Source of the DNA: a virus
Strand: one strand, 5' to 3'
IMG/VR virus record: IMGVR_UViG_3300030060_004838
Coordinates: 1 to 64,000 of that record
Length of the DNA stretch: 64,000 nucleotides
The notes beneath the pieces are model-generated. The model was given only the letters and a program-made list of their open reading frames with translations, was not told the origin of the DNA and did not search any database. Made by a program: the position numbers and the translations under genes. Positions 8,946 through 19,778 of this stretch are shown here, in pieces (within the stretch, counting starts at the first letter, position 1; every line of letters begins with the position of its first letter).

Positions 8946-11530
8946 CTAAATAACCCCTTAACTTTATACACAACTTCGGTTGATAAACCTAACTTATCTG
9001 CAATATCATTAAAGGAAGATTGGCTCTTTACTATATTATAAATATCTATACCATATAAATCAATATGATTTTCTTTTTCAATTACATCAACAACAAAGGA
9101 TATATCATCTATGTCTGAAATATCAAGACTTGCTTTGTATATTTGTTCGCCTCTCATCTTTCTAATTATATCTGTTGCTTCTAACATAGCGTGAGTAATT
9201 GGACCTGTTAATTTTAGATTACTACTTTTTAATCTCTTAATTAATCTTTCATTTTGAGTTTTAATACCTTTAATTGTTGATTCTCTAACAAATGTTTCCC
9301 ATTCAGAAGAATCTAATAACCTAACTAAACTTTCAACAGAAGAATTTGTTTCTTGTTGTTTTCTATTCCAAAAAGGTAAAGGTTCACCCATAAATTCTAT
9401 CTTTTTTAATTCTTCTTCTGATTCCGTTGCTTTAGCAATTTCGTATAAACTATCTCCAAACATAATAGTAGTACTGTCTATAATATCAGGCATTCTTACA
9501 TTATCATCTTCATCTACAATAGAGTCTACATGGGCAAAGAATTTTGTATAAGCATCAACAGCATCTTCAAATTGTGTGTTTAAACTATCACTATAATATA
9601 TCTGTTCTTTCTGTGATAATTTGTATAAAAATGAATTTATTTTAATATAGTCATCGAGTTCTACAATAGGTTCAGAACCTGCTGTAATTGCTCTCCTTGC
9701 CATACTTACATTACTACTTTGCAATATTTTAGGAAAGTCTTTGAATTCCTTAGATGTGTAAAATTCAGGTAAATCATCAAAAAGAACATTTTTACTTGTA
9801 AGGGGTTTAATATGGTATTCTTCTATCAATTTAATTAATGGGTCTATTTCTCGCATTCTTTGTATATTTGCTTCTGCTAACTTAGTTACTGTTGGTCTTG
9901 TAATACCACCTAAAAACTGATATGGTGTTCCTGTACCTTTACCCTGTCTACCTCCAAATTTAGGTTTATAGGGTTGCTCTAATAATTTTTCAACTTCTGC
10001 TTGTAACTCAATAAAACTACCAACATTTTTAAAGAAATTTTTAGTATTATTATTAATAAATTCTGAAGCATCTGAGTATTTATCGAATGTTTTTTGTTTT
10101 GGTCCAGCACCGTTTTCATAATAGAAAACTGTAAATGCAGCACTTATAGAATCAAAATATGCAACGGTTTCAGAATTATCCATTAAAGGTAAATAAAACT
10201 CATTTGCTTCAAGCATTATATTAACTGCTCTTGATTCTCTAAAATTATCTAAGAAATTTTCTAATTGTTTATCTACAATATTTTTTAAGTCTTTAGTAAA
10301 TTTTCCTAACTTACCTAATTCTAATTTTTCTTCAATTATTTCTTTAGCACTACTTAATATATTATCAGTATATTCTCCTGATATTTCATTGTTCTTAAAT
10401 AGAATAGAAAATAGTGGGTCTACATCTTTTGTAACCATACTTTCTCTAACTCTTTCTTCGGCTTGTTCTATTTCATCTGTCAAATCATCTGTAACTGTTG
10501 GGTCTATATAGCCTGTGATTCCCCCACCCTCATAATCTAAATCAGAACCCATAGCACTTCTTTGTCTTGCTACTGCTTCACCTGCTAAATCTTTTGTTCT
10601 TTTGTCTATTTCTTCAGGTATTTCTTTACCTAACATACTAAAGAATTTTCTAAATAGTTTAAGTGCTAATCTTTCATCAGATTCATCTTCTATTCTTACA
10701 GCACTAAATTTAATTATATAAGATGGAAAAATACTGTTAGAAGTTAAATTTCTAAAAACATCTCTATATGGATTTTCTTCCTCTCTTTCTTCAGTAATAT
10801 TTACGCCTCTTTGTCTGAATGCTGCTAATAAATCATCTTGTAGACCATCTATGGCTTCCACCGCTTGAGCAAAGGTATCAAATTTATCTTCTATACCCTG
10901 CCAATAATTATAAATTTTTAACCTTGATTCAACAGGCATTACATTTACATTTACTAATGCTTCTTCTAATAATTCTAAAGTTTCAAACTCAGCCACTTCG
11001 GTTCTTTTTAATTTCTTTTTTGTATCGCCTTTCTGTAATACATCTAATAATTTTTTAAAGGCATCTTTTTCTTCTGATGTTAGTACTTCTAAACCTGTCC
11101 TTACATTTTTACCAGCAGTTAGACCTTCGTTAAGTCTTTCTATAAGTTTGTCTTTATTTTGTAGACCATCGTATGTTAGTTCAATAATTCTTGCATTATT
11201 AATAGCATTGATAGAACCTTCTCTAAACCTTTTTCTATTTGTAGAAGGAACAACTTCAGTCATTGGTCTTTTATCAAACATAAAATATTGAAATAGAGTT
11301 TCAATGTTTGGACTTGTACCGAAGAAAAATTTACCGTCTTCTAAATATTCTTGAAGGTTGCTAATTAAAATATCAAATTGTTTATCGGTTAAAGTATATC
11401 CTTCTCCCTCTAAAGACTCTTTGAAACGGGTTCTTCTTGCATCAGACATTCTATCTCTTGATGCGGCATTTAAGAGTTGTTCTCTTAATTCTTCGGATAA
11501 ATCTGCTATGTCCATATTACTCCCCTCCAT
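8942..11530 (-). CDS. Large acidic hypothetical protein with C-terminal HTH (putative virion protein)
   Basis: 862 aa; ends SFNDIADKLGLSTEVVYKVKGLFR (HTH-like). Confidence 0.65.
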   Translation of the reverse strand: MEGSNMDIADLSEELREQLLNAASRDRMSDARRTRFKESLEGEGYTLTDKQFDILISNLQEYLEDGKFFFGTSPNIETLFQYFMFDKRPMTEVVPSTNRKRFREGSINAINNARIIELTYDGLQNKDKLIERLNEGLTAGKNVRTGLEVLTSEEKDAFKKLLDVLQKGDTKKKLKRTEVAEFETLELLEEALVNVNVMPVESRLKIYNYWQGIEDKFDTFAQAVEAIDGLQDDLLAAFRQRGVNITEEREEENPYRDVFRNLTSNSIFPSYIIKFSAVRIEDESDERLALKLFRKFFSMLGKEIPEEIDKRTKDLAGEAVARQRSAMGSDLDYEGGGITGYIDPTVTDDLTDEIEQAEERVRESMVTKDVDPLFSILFKNNEISGEYTDNILSSAKEIIEEKLELGKLGKFTKDLKNIVDKQLENFLDNFRESRAVNIMLEANEFYLPLMDNSETVAYFDSISAAFTVFYYENGAGPKQKTFDKYSDASEFINNNTKNFFKNVGSFIELQAEVEKLLEQPYKPKFGGRQGKGTGTPYQFLGGITRPTVTKLAEANIQRMREIDPLIKLIEEYHIKPLTSKNVLFDDLPEFYTSKEFKDFPKILQSSNVSMARRAITAGSEPIVELDDYIKINSFLYKLSQKEQIYYSDSLNTQFEDAVDAYTKFFAHVDSIVDEDDNVRMPDIIDSTTIMFGDSLYEIAKATESEEELKKIEFMGEPLPFWNRKQQETNSSVESLVRLLDSSEWETFVRESTIKGIKTQNERLIKRLKSSNLKLTGPITHAMLEATDIIRKMRGEQIYKASLDISDIDDISFVVDVIEKENHIDLYGIDIYNIVKSQSSFNDIADKLGLSTEVVYKVKGLFR

Positions 11531-13862
11531 CTAATACTTCTCTTAGTGTTATCGTCTTTACCTTATCCGTATTTAAAGATGGCTTTTCTTCAAAGTCAAA
11601 TTTCTTTTCAAAAGCATAATACTTTAATTCAGCATCTAAGTCCTTTACTGTTGTCATAGATTCATCTAATTTATATCGAGTATTGCCTACCTTAATTTGT
11701 GTTGGTGGTTTAGGTAATTCTAAAAAGCCTTTTGAGGCAAGATATTCTCTTATACCTTTAGTTTGCCCTTTGATTTTAATACCTGATGATTTATATTTAT
11801 CAGTTGTATCTTCCCCAATTAGGATAATATTTTCCGCTATTTTTTCAGGTAGTTTTTCTTTTATTTCTAAAATTGCATCAGATAATTCTTCTTCTACATT
11901 AATTAAATATTGCTTAGTGCCGAACCAAGTATTTTTATCACTTTCTTCAAGTGAATCCATAGCGTCTATATCACTAAATATTTCTTTTCTATTTTCATCG
12001 GTATCAGGTTCAATATCTAATTCTTCCCCATTTTCTCTAAATACCTCATCTATGCGCTCAAAGAAATTTTCTAAGGTCATGTTAATATTTTGATTATAAT
12101 TTCTTAATGCTGCATTTGTTAAAATTTTTCTAAAAATAGTTAGTATTGCTCGCATTGAATCAAAAAATGTAGTTTCTGTTGAGTCGGCAAATATTCTACC
12201 TGATGGTAAATATCCTTTAAAATCACCTAATGTTCTAAGTTGTTCACCTTTATCTCTACCTTCTTGTGAACCAAAATCAATATAATAATCAAAAAATAAT
12301 GCTAATATATTTCTTGAAAGAATGTTTCTTGAAAATACTGAACTTCCACCTAAATTTTCTATAAAATCATTTATTTGATTTGAAGTTTTAAATGCAAAAC
12401 CTAAAGTCATTGGTTTAGCAACACTAACATCAGGATTTTGTGAAGGGTCTAATGTTTCTGAGCCGCCACCTTGATAACTATCTTCTAACTTTCTTCTTGT
12501 TTTAAGCCAAGTTTCAAAACTATTATTCCATTGTTCATTACCATCTCTAACTCTTCTTTTAATAGTATCAATCATTTTAGATTTATTTAATCTAAATGTG
12601 TCGTATTGCGTTCCCTTGTTCTCTATAATTTTAATAGATTCTTGTTGAGAAGGTAATACTATATCAAATAATTCAAAGTCCTGTGAGTCTGAATCATTAG
12701 CATTTTTCATTCTATCATTAACTTCTTTAACTGCCCAATCATGTAGGTAATCCTTCCTTCTTGAAGCAGGTGTCATACCTTTCCTTGAAATATCTATATC
12801 TCTAACTAAAGCGTTTATTGCTTTATTTTGTGTCATCAAGTCATGTACTATTTCAATAGTAGTACCTCTTAACGATGAAATAAAATCAATAGAAGAATTT
12901 GTTTTATTTAAATTATTAATCAATTCAATAAATTGTTGTTCAGTTAGTTTGCTAATTTTATCTACTAAATTATCAGGAATTAAATATTGTATAGATTTTC
13001 TTTCACCCATTACAATATTTCTTGAATCCCCTACTGTTCTCGTTACTTCTCTAAAGCCACCTTCTTTATCGAATCTTTTACTTGCAGGGATTACCTTCCC
13101 TTCTCTTGTTTCAAATCTATCTTTACCCCTTTTAACGGTAATATCTCTCATACCTTCTGTTGTATATTTATACTTATTATTTTTATTAAAATAATCAAAG
13201 ACCTTTTTATCGACTCCGCCTAATACATCATCTTCTAATCTTAAATCAAAAACATTCTTTAAGAATTGTGCATCAGGTTTTTCTATTGAATCTTTACCCA
13301 TTCTATTTACCCAACGGCCTCCCCTTAACCAATTACTATTAGTTGAAGTATCAATAAAATAATGAATAGCATATAACAAATCAACAGATGGTTCGTCAAT
13401 CATTTTTTGATATAGAGCATTTAAAGTTTCTATTGTCCATTCTTGGTCTGTCTTACCTTGTGGTGAAACTAATTGTCCAAATGTTATACCTCCTATTGTT
13501 TGTTTTATTAGAGGATTTTCATCTGTTCCTTTTAGAGCCTGTAATTCTTCTAATCTCTCTCCTATAATTTTAATACTATCTTCTCTATCTTTACCTACCA
13601 TTGAAAATGTTCCTTCAATCATTCTATTAAGAATGCTATTAGGTGCTTCTTCGCCAGCCTTAATTTTATTATAATCGGCTTTTAATTGTGTTAATGCTGT
13701 ATCAATATTTCTAATTTGTGTTTCTCCATGTATCTGTACTAATTCTTCTATTTCTTTAGCAGTAGGCAATTGTCCTTTACTAAATTTAGTTTTAATAGCA
13801 CCTGCACTAATAATATTAGGTGTACTATCTTCATCTTCTTTAAGAATTAGTTTCCAAGACAT
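11517..13862 (-). CDS. Large WxxILK-tagged protein (putative virion internal protein)
   Basis: 781 aa, starts MSWKLILKE. Confidence 0.7.
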   Translation of the reverse strand: MSWKLILKEDEDSTPNIISAGAIKTKFSKGQLPTAKEIEELVQIHGETQIRNIDTALTQLKADYNKIKAGEEAPNSILNRMIEGTFSMVGKDREDSIKIIGERLEELQALKGTDENPLIKQTIGGITFGQLVSPQGKTDQEWTIETLNALYQKMIDEPSVDLLYAIHYFIDTSTNSNWLRGGRWVNRMGKDSIEKPDAQFLKNVFDLRLEDDVLGGVDKKVFDYFNKNNKYKYTTEGMRDITVKRGKDRFETREGKVIPASKRFDKEGGFREVTRTVGDSRNIVMGERKSIQYLIPDNLVDKISKLTEQQFIELINNLNKTNSSIDFISSLRGTTIEIVHDLMTQNKAINALVRDIDISRKGMTPASRRKDYLHDWAVKEVNDRMKNANDSDSQDFELFDIVLPSQQESIKIIENKGTQYDTFRLNKSKMIDTIKRRVRDGNEQWNNSFETWLKTRRKLEDSYQGGGSETLDPSQNPDVSVAKPMTLGFAFKTSNQINDFIENLGGSSVFSRNILSRNILALFFDYYIDFGSQEGRDKGEQLRTLGDFKGYLPSGRIFADSTETTFFDSMRAILTIFRKILTNAALRNYNQNINMTLENFFERIDEVFRENGEELDIEPDTDENRKEIFSDIDAMDSLEESDKNTWFGTKQYLINVEEELSDAILEIKEKLPEKIAENIILIGEDTTDKYKSSGIKIKGQTKGIREYLASKGFLELPKPPTQIKVGNTRYKLDESMTTVKDLDAELKYYAFEKKFDFEEKPSLNTDKVKTITLREVLDGGE

Positions 13863-13871
13863 ATGACAACC

Positions 13872-14087
13872 TCACAATTGAGATTGTACTAATAGGACTA
13901 CTGCTACAAGTGTAGGAATAGCAATAAGAATTTGTTTCTTATACTGCTTTACTTTAGCAAGAATTTTATCAGCCTTCTTTTCACTAACAAGACCTAAATC
14001 TTCTGCTATATCAAGAGCATCTTCTACTAAATCCTCTACATCTTCTACTGTTTCTTTAATTTTATTTTCATCTACCATTTTATTCAC
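13872..14087 (-). CDS. Small membrane protein (C-terminal TM helix)
   Basis: Hydrophobic C-terminus ILIAIPTLVAVVLLVQ. Confidence 0.65.
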   Translation of the reverse strand: MNKMVDENKIKETVEDVEDLVEDALDIAEDLGLVSEKKADKILAKVKQYKKQILIAIPTLVAVVLLVQSQL

Positions 14088-14447
14088 CTATTCTGATTTT
14101 ATAGTTTCCATAGTATTACTATGAGTATTATTTTCTTTTTCCATATGCATTTGATGTTTATGTTGTGCATCTTCTAAACCTCTCCTGTGTTCATATTCAG
14201 CAGGAACTTCTACAATTTCATTTGCTTGTTCTGCTTCCCATGTTCTTAGTAAGGTATTAAATGCTGGCGCAGCAATACCACCAATAATAGCAATTAACGC
14301 AATAAATCCATCAAGATTCTGTAATACTACATCAGGCTTCATAATACCTGTATAAACAACTGCCCCTGATGCCAACAACCAAAGATATATTGCTGGTAAT
14401 ACTGTTTGTCTAACTAACTTATCATTAAATGATTTTTCTTTACCCAT
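14088..14447 (-). CDS. Two-TM membrane protein, possibly holin-like
   Basis: Two hydrophobic helices plus charged tail. Confidence 0.6.
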   Translation of the reverse strand: MGKEKSFNDKLVRQTVLPAIYLWLLASGAVVYTGIMKPDVVLQNLDGFIALIAIIGGIAAPAFNTLLRTWEAEQANEIVEVPAEYEHRRGLEDAQHKHQMHMEKENNTHSNTMETIKSE

Positions 14448-14448
14448 T

Positions 14449-14688
14449 TTACATCACCTGTGTTCCAATTAATATTGCTGATAGTGAACTTAATAAACCA
14501 AGTATTACCTTTTTCATCAAATCGAAGCCTTCACCTATTAGATGGTTTTGAGCATCTATTGATGTGGCTAACTCGGTTAGTCTGGTACTTAACTCTAACT
14601 GATTATCTGTTAATTTTTCTAAAAGCATCTCATGTCTTTCTATTTTATCTTCAATATTATCCATTCTAACTTTTTCTACTGTTGTCAT
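14449..14688 (-). CDS. Coiled-coil plus C-terminal TM protein (hemolysin/holin-like architecture)
   Basis: Heptad N-terminus, hydrophobic VILGLLSSLSAILIG. Confidence 0.55.
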   Translation of the reverse strand: MTTVEKVRMDNIEDKIERHEMLLEKLTDNQLELSTRLTELATSIDAQNHLIGEGFDLMKKVILGLLSSLSAILIGTQVM

Positions 14689-15399
14689 TTACTCATCCCC
14701 TAAATCGTAATAAAAGTCATCTTTTCTATGAATATTAGGGTCAAACTGTTCAGCCTTATCTGTATGCCAACCAAATAAATAATTTTTTACACTTCCAGGT
14801 TTTTCAGTCATTCCCATAACTCCTAATTTTTTAATAATTTCTTGTTGTACTTCTCTAACTGTAACCTTTCTATCTTGAGCATTTACAAATTTATCAATAG
14901 CATTTCTAATTCTTTTATTAGGTATTTTCTTTTTTGCTTTAGATATACCTTCTCTATAACTATATGTTGTAGGGTATCTTCCTGATACAACAATATTTGA
15001 ATCTGATTCTAAGAATTTTCTTAGTCTTTTAGTGGTCATGTTTGAAGGAAATGTATCTTGTAAATGTCTTTGAATTTGTGCAATTGAAACTCTCGGGTTT
15101 GTTTTTATAAATTGTACAACAACATCTGTTTGTTTAGGTTTAGGTTTTCCTCCACGCTTTAAATTTTTTCTCCAAGATTCATCGGCTTTTCTTACACCCT
15201 TAACACCTATAATATCATATTCTTTTAATAATATTTTAAGACCTTGAAATATATTTTCACTATAATTTTCTCTTAACATTTTTAAAATTAGGCGAACATA
15301 TTCTTTATCGTTAGCACTAAATTTATCCATATTTTCTTCAGTTAATGTAATAAAACCTTCAACCTTTTCTTTATTTTTAAGAATTTTTCCCCAAGACAT
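14689..15399 (-). CDS. WxxILK-tagged protein with two wHTH-like modules
   Basis: Starts MSWGKILKN; internal VRKA/SWRKNLKR and ISKA junctions precede wHTH-like units. Confidence 0.6.
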   Translation of the reverse strand: MSWGKILKNKEKVEGFITLTEENMDKFSANDKEYVRLILKMLRENYSENIFQGLKILLKEYDIIGVKGVRKADESWRKNLKRGGKPKPKQTDVVVQFIKTNPRVSIAQIQRHLQDTFPSNMTTKRLRKFLESDSNIVVSGRYPTTYSYREGISKAKKKIPNKRIRNAIDKFVNAQDRKVTVREVQQEIIKKLGVMGMTEKPGSVKNYLFGWHTDKAEQFDPNIHRKDDFYYDLGDE

Positions 15400-15400
15400 A

Positions 15401-15640
15401 TTAACGCTCACCTTCTCTTTTTTCTAAAAATTGAAGCATACTTATCATTACTTTATCTAATTCTTGTTTCTTGTTTATCACTTCTTGAAGCATAGATATT
15501 AAAGTTTGGTCATCAACTTTTATAGCCAAATCTGCTGCTTTATCTAAATCCTTTGCATCTTCAAAACTTCTCTTAGCGATTCTTACTAAAATTGGTGCAA
15601 GGACTTTTTCCTCAACTTTTAATAAAACATCCCAACTCAT
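15401..15640 (-). CDS. Small WxxILK-tagged protein
   Basis: Starts MSWDVLLKV. Confidence 0.7.
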   Translation of the reverse strand: MSWDVLLKVEEKVLAPILVRIAKRSFEDAKDLDKAADLAIKVDDQTLISMLQEVINKKQELDKVMISMLQFLEKREGER

Positions 15641-16299
15641 GATAATCTCTCCGCTACACTATCTCTAATCTCAGTCCATACTTCAGGATATTTTTCTATA
15701 AGAACTTTTTGTATTATCTCTACTTGTTGTACTACAATAGTTTCTTCTCTCTTATGTACTAACTGACCTTTAAACTCTAACATATATTTTAACGACTCTC
15801 TTATTTCTTTTGCTAACTTAGTTAGCGAGTCTATTTGTTTAGTGCCTAATTCTGTATTTTGTAATAATTCATTTACTTTATTTTGTAATGTATTAACATT
15901 ACCTGAAAGTATATCTATTTCGTTTATATCCATTCTTGCTACCTCAATAGCACCATGTTGTTGTACAATAGGCTTCAAATGTTTTTTCATATGTAATTGA
16001 ACTTGGGCTTCTGAACATGATAGTATTTCAGCCGCTTCTGAAATTTTCATTGTACCTTCACTAATTGCTATTTCTATTTCGGCTCTATTAGGGTGTGTAC
16101 AAACAGGACAAGAAGGGTTAGAGTTATCATGATAATCCCCTAAATGGTTTTGCATATGTTTTTTAGAAGTTCCCGCCCACCAATTATTCTGTTTATCTAA
16201 TTCATCACAAGTAATATTTCCAGCAAGTATATCTTCTTCTAAACCATCACGGTCTTCGTGTTGGCATAATTTACAAGACTTTCTTACTTTTCTTGTCAT
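15637..16299 (-). CDS. Tandem Zn-HTH protein, candidate terminase small subunit
   Basis: Two CxxCxH..R..E...G..HM..HL repeats followed by a coiled coil. Confidence 0.5.
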   Translation of the reverse strand: MTRKVRKSCKLCQHEDRDGLEEDILAGNITCDELDKQNNWWAGTSKKHMQNHLGDYHDNSNPSCPVCTHPNRAEIEIAISEGTMKISEAAEILSCSEAQVQLHMKKHLKPIVQQHGAIEVARMDINEIDILSGNVNTLQNKVNELLQNTELGTKQIDSLTKLAKEIRESLKYMLEFKGQLVHKREETIVVQQVEIIQKVLIEKYPEVWTEIRDSVAERLS

Positions 16300-16303
16300 C
16301 TAA

Positions 16304-16468
16304 TCAATCCTTTGCCATAAATGCATTTCTTGAACCTTCTTTTTCTTTTTTATCTTTTAGGGCTTCAAAATCTGCACCTGTAATTTTTGTTTTAGGTTCA
16401 GCCGCTTCAGCAATTTTCTTTTGCTTGGGGCTTAGTTTCTTTTCTTTTAATATATCTTTCCAACTCAT
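16304..16468 (-). CDS. 54-aa WxxILK-tagged peptide
   Basis: Not in the ORF track; MSWKDILKEKKLSPKQKKIAEAAEPKTKITGADFEALKD...; GGAG RBS. Confidence 0.7.
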   Translation of the reverse strand: MSWKDILKEKKLSPKQKKIAEAAEPKTKITGADFEALKDKKEKEGSRNAFMAKD

Positions 16469-16469
16469 A

Positions 16470-17888
16470 TTATCTTCTCCTTAAAAATCTTCCAGCATCA
16501 GGGGCTTCCGTTCCTTGCCTTTGATTTTGATTTGCTAATCTTCTACCTTCATCTATTTTGTTTTTAATTTCTTGTAAAATTTGTAAAGTTAATGGTACTT
16601 TATCTTGATTATATCTATTTACTACTCTATTAGCAAAATAACTTTTGTTTTTTCTTGCCCCTGTTTTTTGTCCATATTGTCTATCTGTATCTTTAAAGTA
16701 TTTTTTTGCTGACCTATCTTGGAATTTGACACCTATTCCTTTTTCTATCTCATCATTTTTAAGAATATTTTGCCAATTAGTATTTTCTATTTGTAATTCA
16801 CCTTGTTGTTTCAAAACTAATCCGGGTTTTGATGTACCTTCTTTAGCCTTTGGAGTTTCATATGTCTTTACTTCTTCACCTAAAATTCTTAAAACTTCTA
16901 CAATAGTTTTATTTAAAGCAAGATTATTTTTTGGGAATCTTAATTTTACATTTGTTAGTTTTTCAACACCTTCTACTCTATCATATCCCTTAGCAAAATT
17001 TAGAAGTTTTGCTTCTTCTTCATTTCTTATCGCATAACTTTCATTAGTGAATGCAGCATTTAATCTATCTTTCATAGGTGCTCTTGATTTACCAGCAGGA
17101 TAAATATTAGGATTTTGTAATACTTCAATTACTTTTTCTTGTACACTTTTAATTTGTGCCAATTGTCTTGGACCTGCTGAGTTATTAAAAATAGCAATTC
17201 TATTACCATCACCCATTTTAATTTTATCTACTCCCTTTAGGGCTTTTCTTGCTATGGATAAAATACCGCCCTTACCCTCATCTGTTTCTCCTTCTCCTGT
17301 TATGGCTTGCCATAATGGAGGTCTTGCTTTCCCTGTACTTTTATTAGACCATTCATCTTTTGCAGTAGCGATTTTTATTTTACTATTAGGTTTATTTTTA
17401 TTAGCCCACTCAGCATATTCATTATATGCTTTTGTTCTATAATGACCGTAGACCTTTCCTCTTGTAATATCAGGCTCTTGTGGGTCATCAGTTTCATTGA
17501 ATTCTATAACTGTATCAAAAGGAATATTTCTTGGATTCCATTTACCTTTATCTCTTGTTAAAACATTTAACATACCATTTATTGCTTTTTCTAATTGCAT
17601 TCTATGTTCTGTTTCAATTGTATCTCCATCTAATATTTCTGTTAGGGCTTCTAATAAAATACCTAAACCTTCAATACTTCTTGCTTGGTCACGGGCATAT
17701 GTAGCATCACCATGACTTAGTACTGTTTCTAAAACAGTTTTAGGTTTATTTCCTCTTTTTCCTCCTACAATTCCCCATTCAGTACCTTTATTCCACTTAA
17801 CTTTCCAAGCGTCATAATCTCCCTTGATAGCACCAACATCAAATGTTTGGTCTACATTATCAAAATCTGTACCTTCAAATTTACTCAT
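16470..17888 (-). CDS. Hypothetical virion-block protein
   Basis: Likely start MSKFEG; internal NWQNILKN tag near the C-terminus. Confidence 0.65.
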   Translation of the reverse strand: MSKFEGTDFDNVDQTFDVGAIKGDYDAWKVKWNKGTEWGIVGGKRGNKPKTVLETVLSHGDATYARDQARSIEGLGILLEALTEILDGDTIETEHRMQLEKAINGMLNVLTRDKGKWNPRNIPFDTVIEFNETDDPQEPDITRGKVYGHYRTKAYNEYAEWANKNKPNSKIKIATAKDEWSNKSTGKARPPLWQAITGEGETDEGKGGILSIARKALKGVDKIKMGDGNRIAIFNNSAGPRQLAQIKSVQEKVIEVLQNPNIYPAGKSRAPMKDRLNAAFTNESYAIRNEEEAKLLNFAKGYDRVEGVEKLTNVKLRFPKNNLALNKTIVEVLRILGEEVKTYETPKAKEGTSKPGLVLKQQGELQIENTNWQNILKNDEIEKGIGVKFQDRSAKKYFKDTDRQYGQKTGARKNKSYFANRVVNRYNQDKVPLTLQILQEIKNKIDEGRRLANQNQRQGTEAPDAGRFLRRR

Positions 17889-19147
17889 CACTTTCCACAA
17901 CCGCAGGGTGTCGTTTTATCTCTACAATCTTTACAAGGTTTCTTTTTACCAAACATTCTATTACTAATATTTGGAGTAAAACCAGCATTCGTTGTCATTG
18001 TTGTTCCAAATTCTTTAGATAATAAATCTCTCCAACCGAATTCTCCTGTATATTGCTCGTTAGATTTAAACTCATCTTGAAATTTTCGTCTTGTTTCTTC
18101 ATCTTCTTCACCAAATTCTATTTCAGGTCTGTTTCTCATTTCTTCCGCTTCTTCTTGTGTTGTTTGGTCAGCAACTAATTCATTTGCTTCCATTCTTTTT
18201 TGCATATAAGGATAACGGAAAGTAAAAGCAAAAGCAACAGCACCTGTAAATTCTTTAATTAAACTAACAGTTTCAGATTTTGAAGCAAATCTTTGTACTG
18301 ATGATTTAATTGAATTAGAAATTTCTGCTGGTGTAACATCACTTTCACCGTCATTATCTAAATCAAATAAATCTATTGATGCTTGGTCTTGTGTTATTAC
18401 ATCTTGTAAATATTCATCTATATTAGATAATATTGATTTAACATCTTTTATAACTGTGGATTCTGCCGCACTCCATACATCATTTATAAATTCAGCGGGA
18501 ACTTCACCCATAGGGTCTACATCCATTAATTCAGACATTTCATCATCTTCAACATCAGCGTCAGCAGATGCTCTTACTGTTTTATAACTTGTATCAAATA
18601 TACTACTCATTAATTCTTCAGCCATTTTTAATGCTGCTGAGTAGGTTCTATTATAACCTGATGATGAGTATATTCTTTGTATGTTTGTCATTTCATCATT
18701 AAATTTAGGGTCTTTTGTAATTGCATCCATAAAACCTTCAAGTAGACTATCAATCATTTCTTTAGCAATAGTTACACCTAAATCTTTAATTTGATTTTTA
18801 AGTTGTGAAGGTTCTCTCCTTATAGCCCTAAATCCTCCCTGTTCTTCTGTTGATATATTAAAAGGACCAATACTATCTAACATATCTTCTAAAGGTTGTT
18901 CAAGAGCAACTTTAAACCAATTAACTAATTCTGTTATCTTAGGATTTTTAGGGTCATTTCTAAAATCTTGCATTCTTTTATCTCTTTCCTCACCCTCTAA
19001 TGGGTTACCTTGTTCATCTCTTGTAATAGGTTGCCTATCACTTCTAAAAGGTTCATCAACAAACCCATAACCTTCTATAAAAGCAGTACCATCAGGTTTT
19101 CTAAATTTATCACCATATTCTTTCAATAGTATATTTCTCCAATTCAC
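17888..19147 (-). CDS. WxxILK-tagged acidic protein
   Basis: Starts MNWRNILLKE; second tag GWRDLLSKE; C-terminal CxxC..CxC. Confidence 0.7.
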   Translation of the reverse strand: MNWRNILLKEYGDKFRKPDGTAFIEGYGFVDEPFRSDRQPITRDEQGNPLEGEERDKRMQDFRNDPKNPKITELVNWFKVALEQPLEDMLDSIGPFNISTEEQGGFRAIRREPSQLKNQIKDLGVTIAKEMIDSLLEGFMDAITKDPKFNDEMTNIQRIYSSSGYNRTYSAALKMAEELMSSIFDTSYKTVRASADADVEDDEMSELMDVDPMGEVPAEFINDVWSAAESTVIKDVKSILSNIDEYLQDVITQDQASIDLFDLDNDGESDVTPAEISNSIKSSVQRFASKSETVSLIKEFTGAVAFAFTFRYPYMQKRMEANELVADQTTQEEAEEMRNRPEIEFGEEDEETRRKFQDEFKSNEQYTGEFGWRDLLSKEFGTTMTTNAGFTPNISNRMFGKKKPCKDCRDKTTPCGCGK

Positions 19148-19299
19148 TTTTCATTCCTCCTTAGTGCTTTGGTTAAAGTATCAATAATATCTAAAGGCAT
19201 ACCTAATTCTTTACCTTTTTTAGTAAAGGCTTTAAGTGCTGATTCCCAATCAGTAATTTCTTCCTTTGTTATGCTTTTTAGGTATTCTTCCCATTTCAT
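19144..19299 (-). CDS. 51-aa doubly tagged peptide
   Basis: Not in the ORF track; MKWEEYLKSITKEEITDWESALKA...; overlaps both neighbours by 4 nt. Confidence 0.7.
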   Translation of the reverse strand: MKWEEYLKSITKEEITDWESALKAFTKKGKELGMPLDIIDTLTKALRRNEK

Positions 19300-19778
19300 C
19301 TAAAATCTCTCCTTAGTGTTTTTTGCCAATTTGTTCCTGCTGTTTCTTGTTTTCTTTTAGCACAATACATCCAACTTTGTAATGCTTCAGCCCCTGCTGC
19401 TTTAGCGATTGTTGCTACACTACTTAATAATGATGTTTTCATTTGGTCTATTCTAAAATATCTACCTATAATTTTATTTACCGAAGCAGTAGCAAAACTT
19501 CCTGGCCTCATTTGGTATAATTGTTTTAACATTTCTAAAAAATTTTTACAATCTAAATTAGTAGGGTCTAATACTCTACTAATATCTTGACGATTAAGAT
19601 TATTTACACCCTGTTCTAATTCTCTAACAGTTTTTAACCAAGTATCTTTTGATAACTGGCAACAGTCTTTTGCCGAACCTTCTAAAACATCTTCCATATC
19701 AAACTCTTGATAAATATATTCTTCAGTATCTAATTCTCTATCAGGTTTATAGTTCGGCATTCTAACCATTTTAATCAC
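19296..19778 (-). CDS. Hypothetical protein with C-terminal NWQKTLRR tag
   Basis: 160-aa ORF in the operon. Confidence 0.6.
   Translation of the reverse strand: MIKMVRMPNYKPDRELDTEEYIYQEFDMEDVLEGSAKDCCQLSKDTWLKTVRELEQGVNNLNRQDISRVLDPTNLDCKNFLEMLKQLYQMRPGSFATASVNKIIGRYFRIDQMKTSLLSSVATIAKAAGAEALQSWMYCAKRKQETAGTNWQKTLRRDFR

Noticed and set aside
8942-13862. Major capsid, tape measure or virion RNA polymerase among the large ORFs
   Set aside because: No HK97-fold, tape-measure repeat or DxDGD/DxxGR polymerase motif recognisable by eye; left as hypothetical
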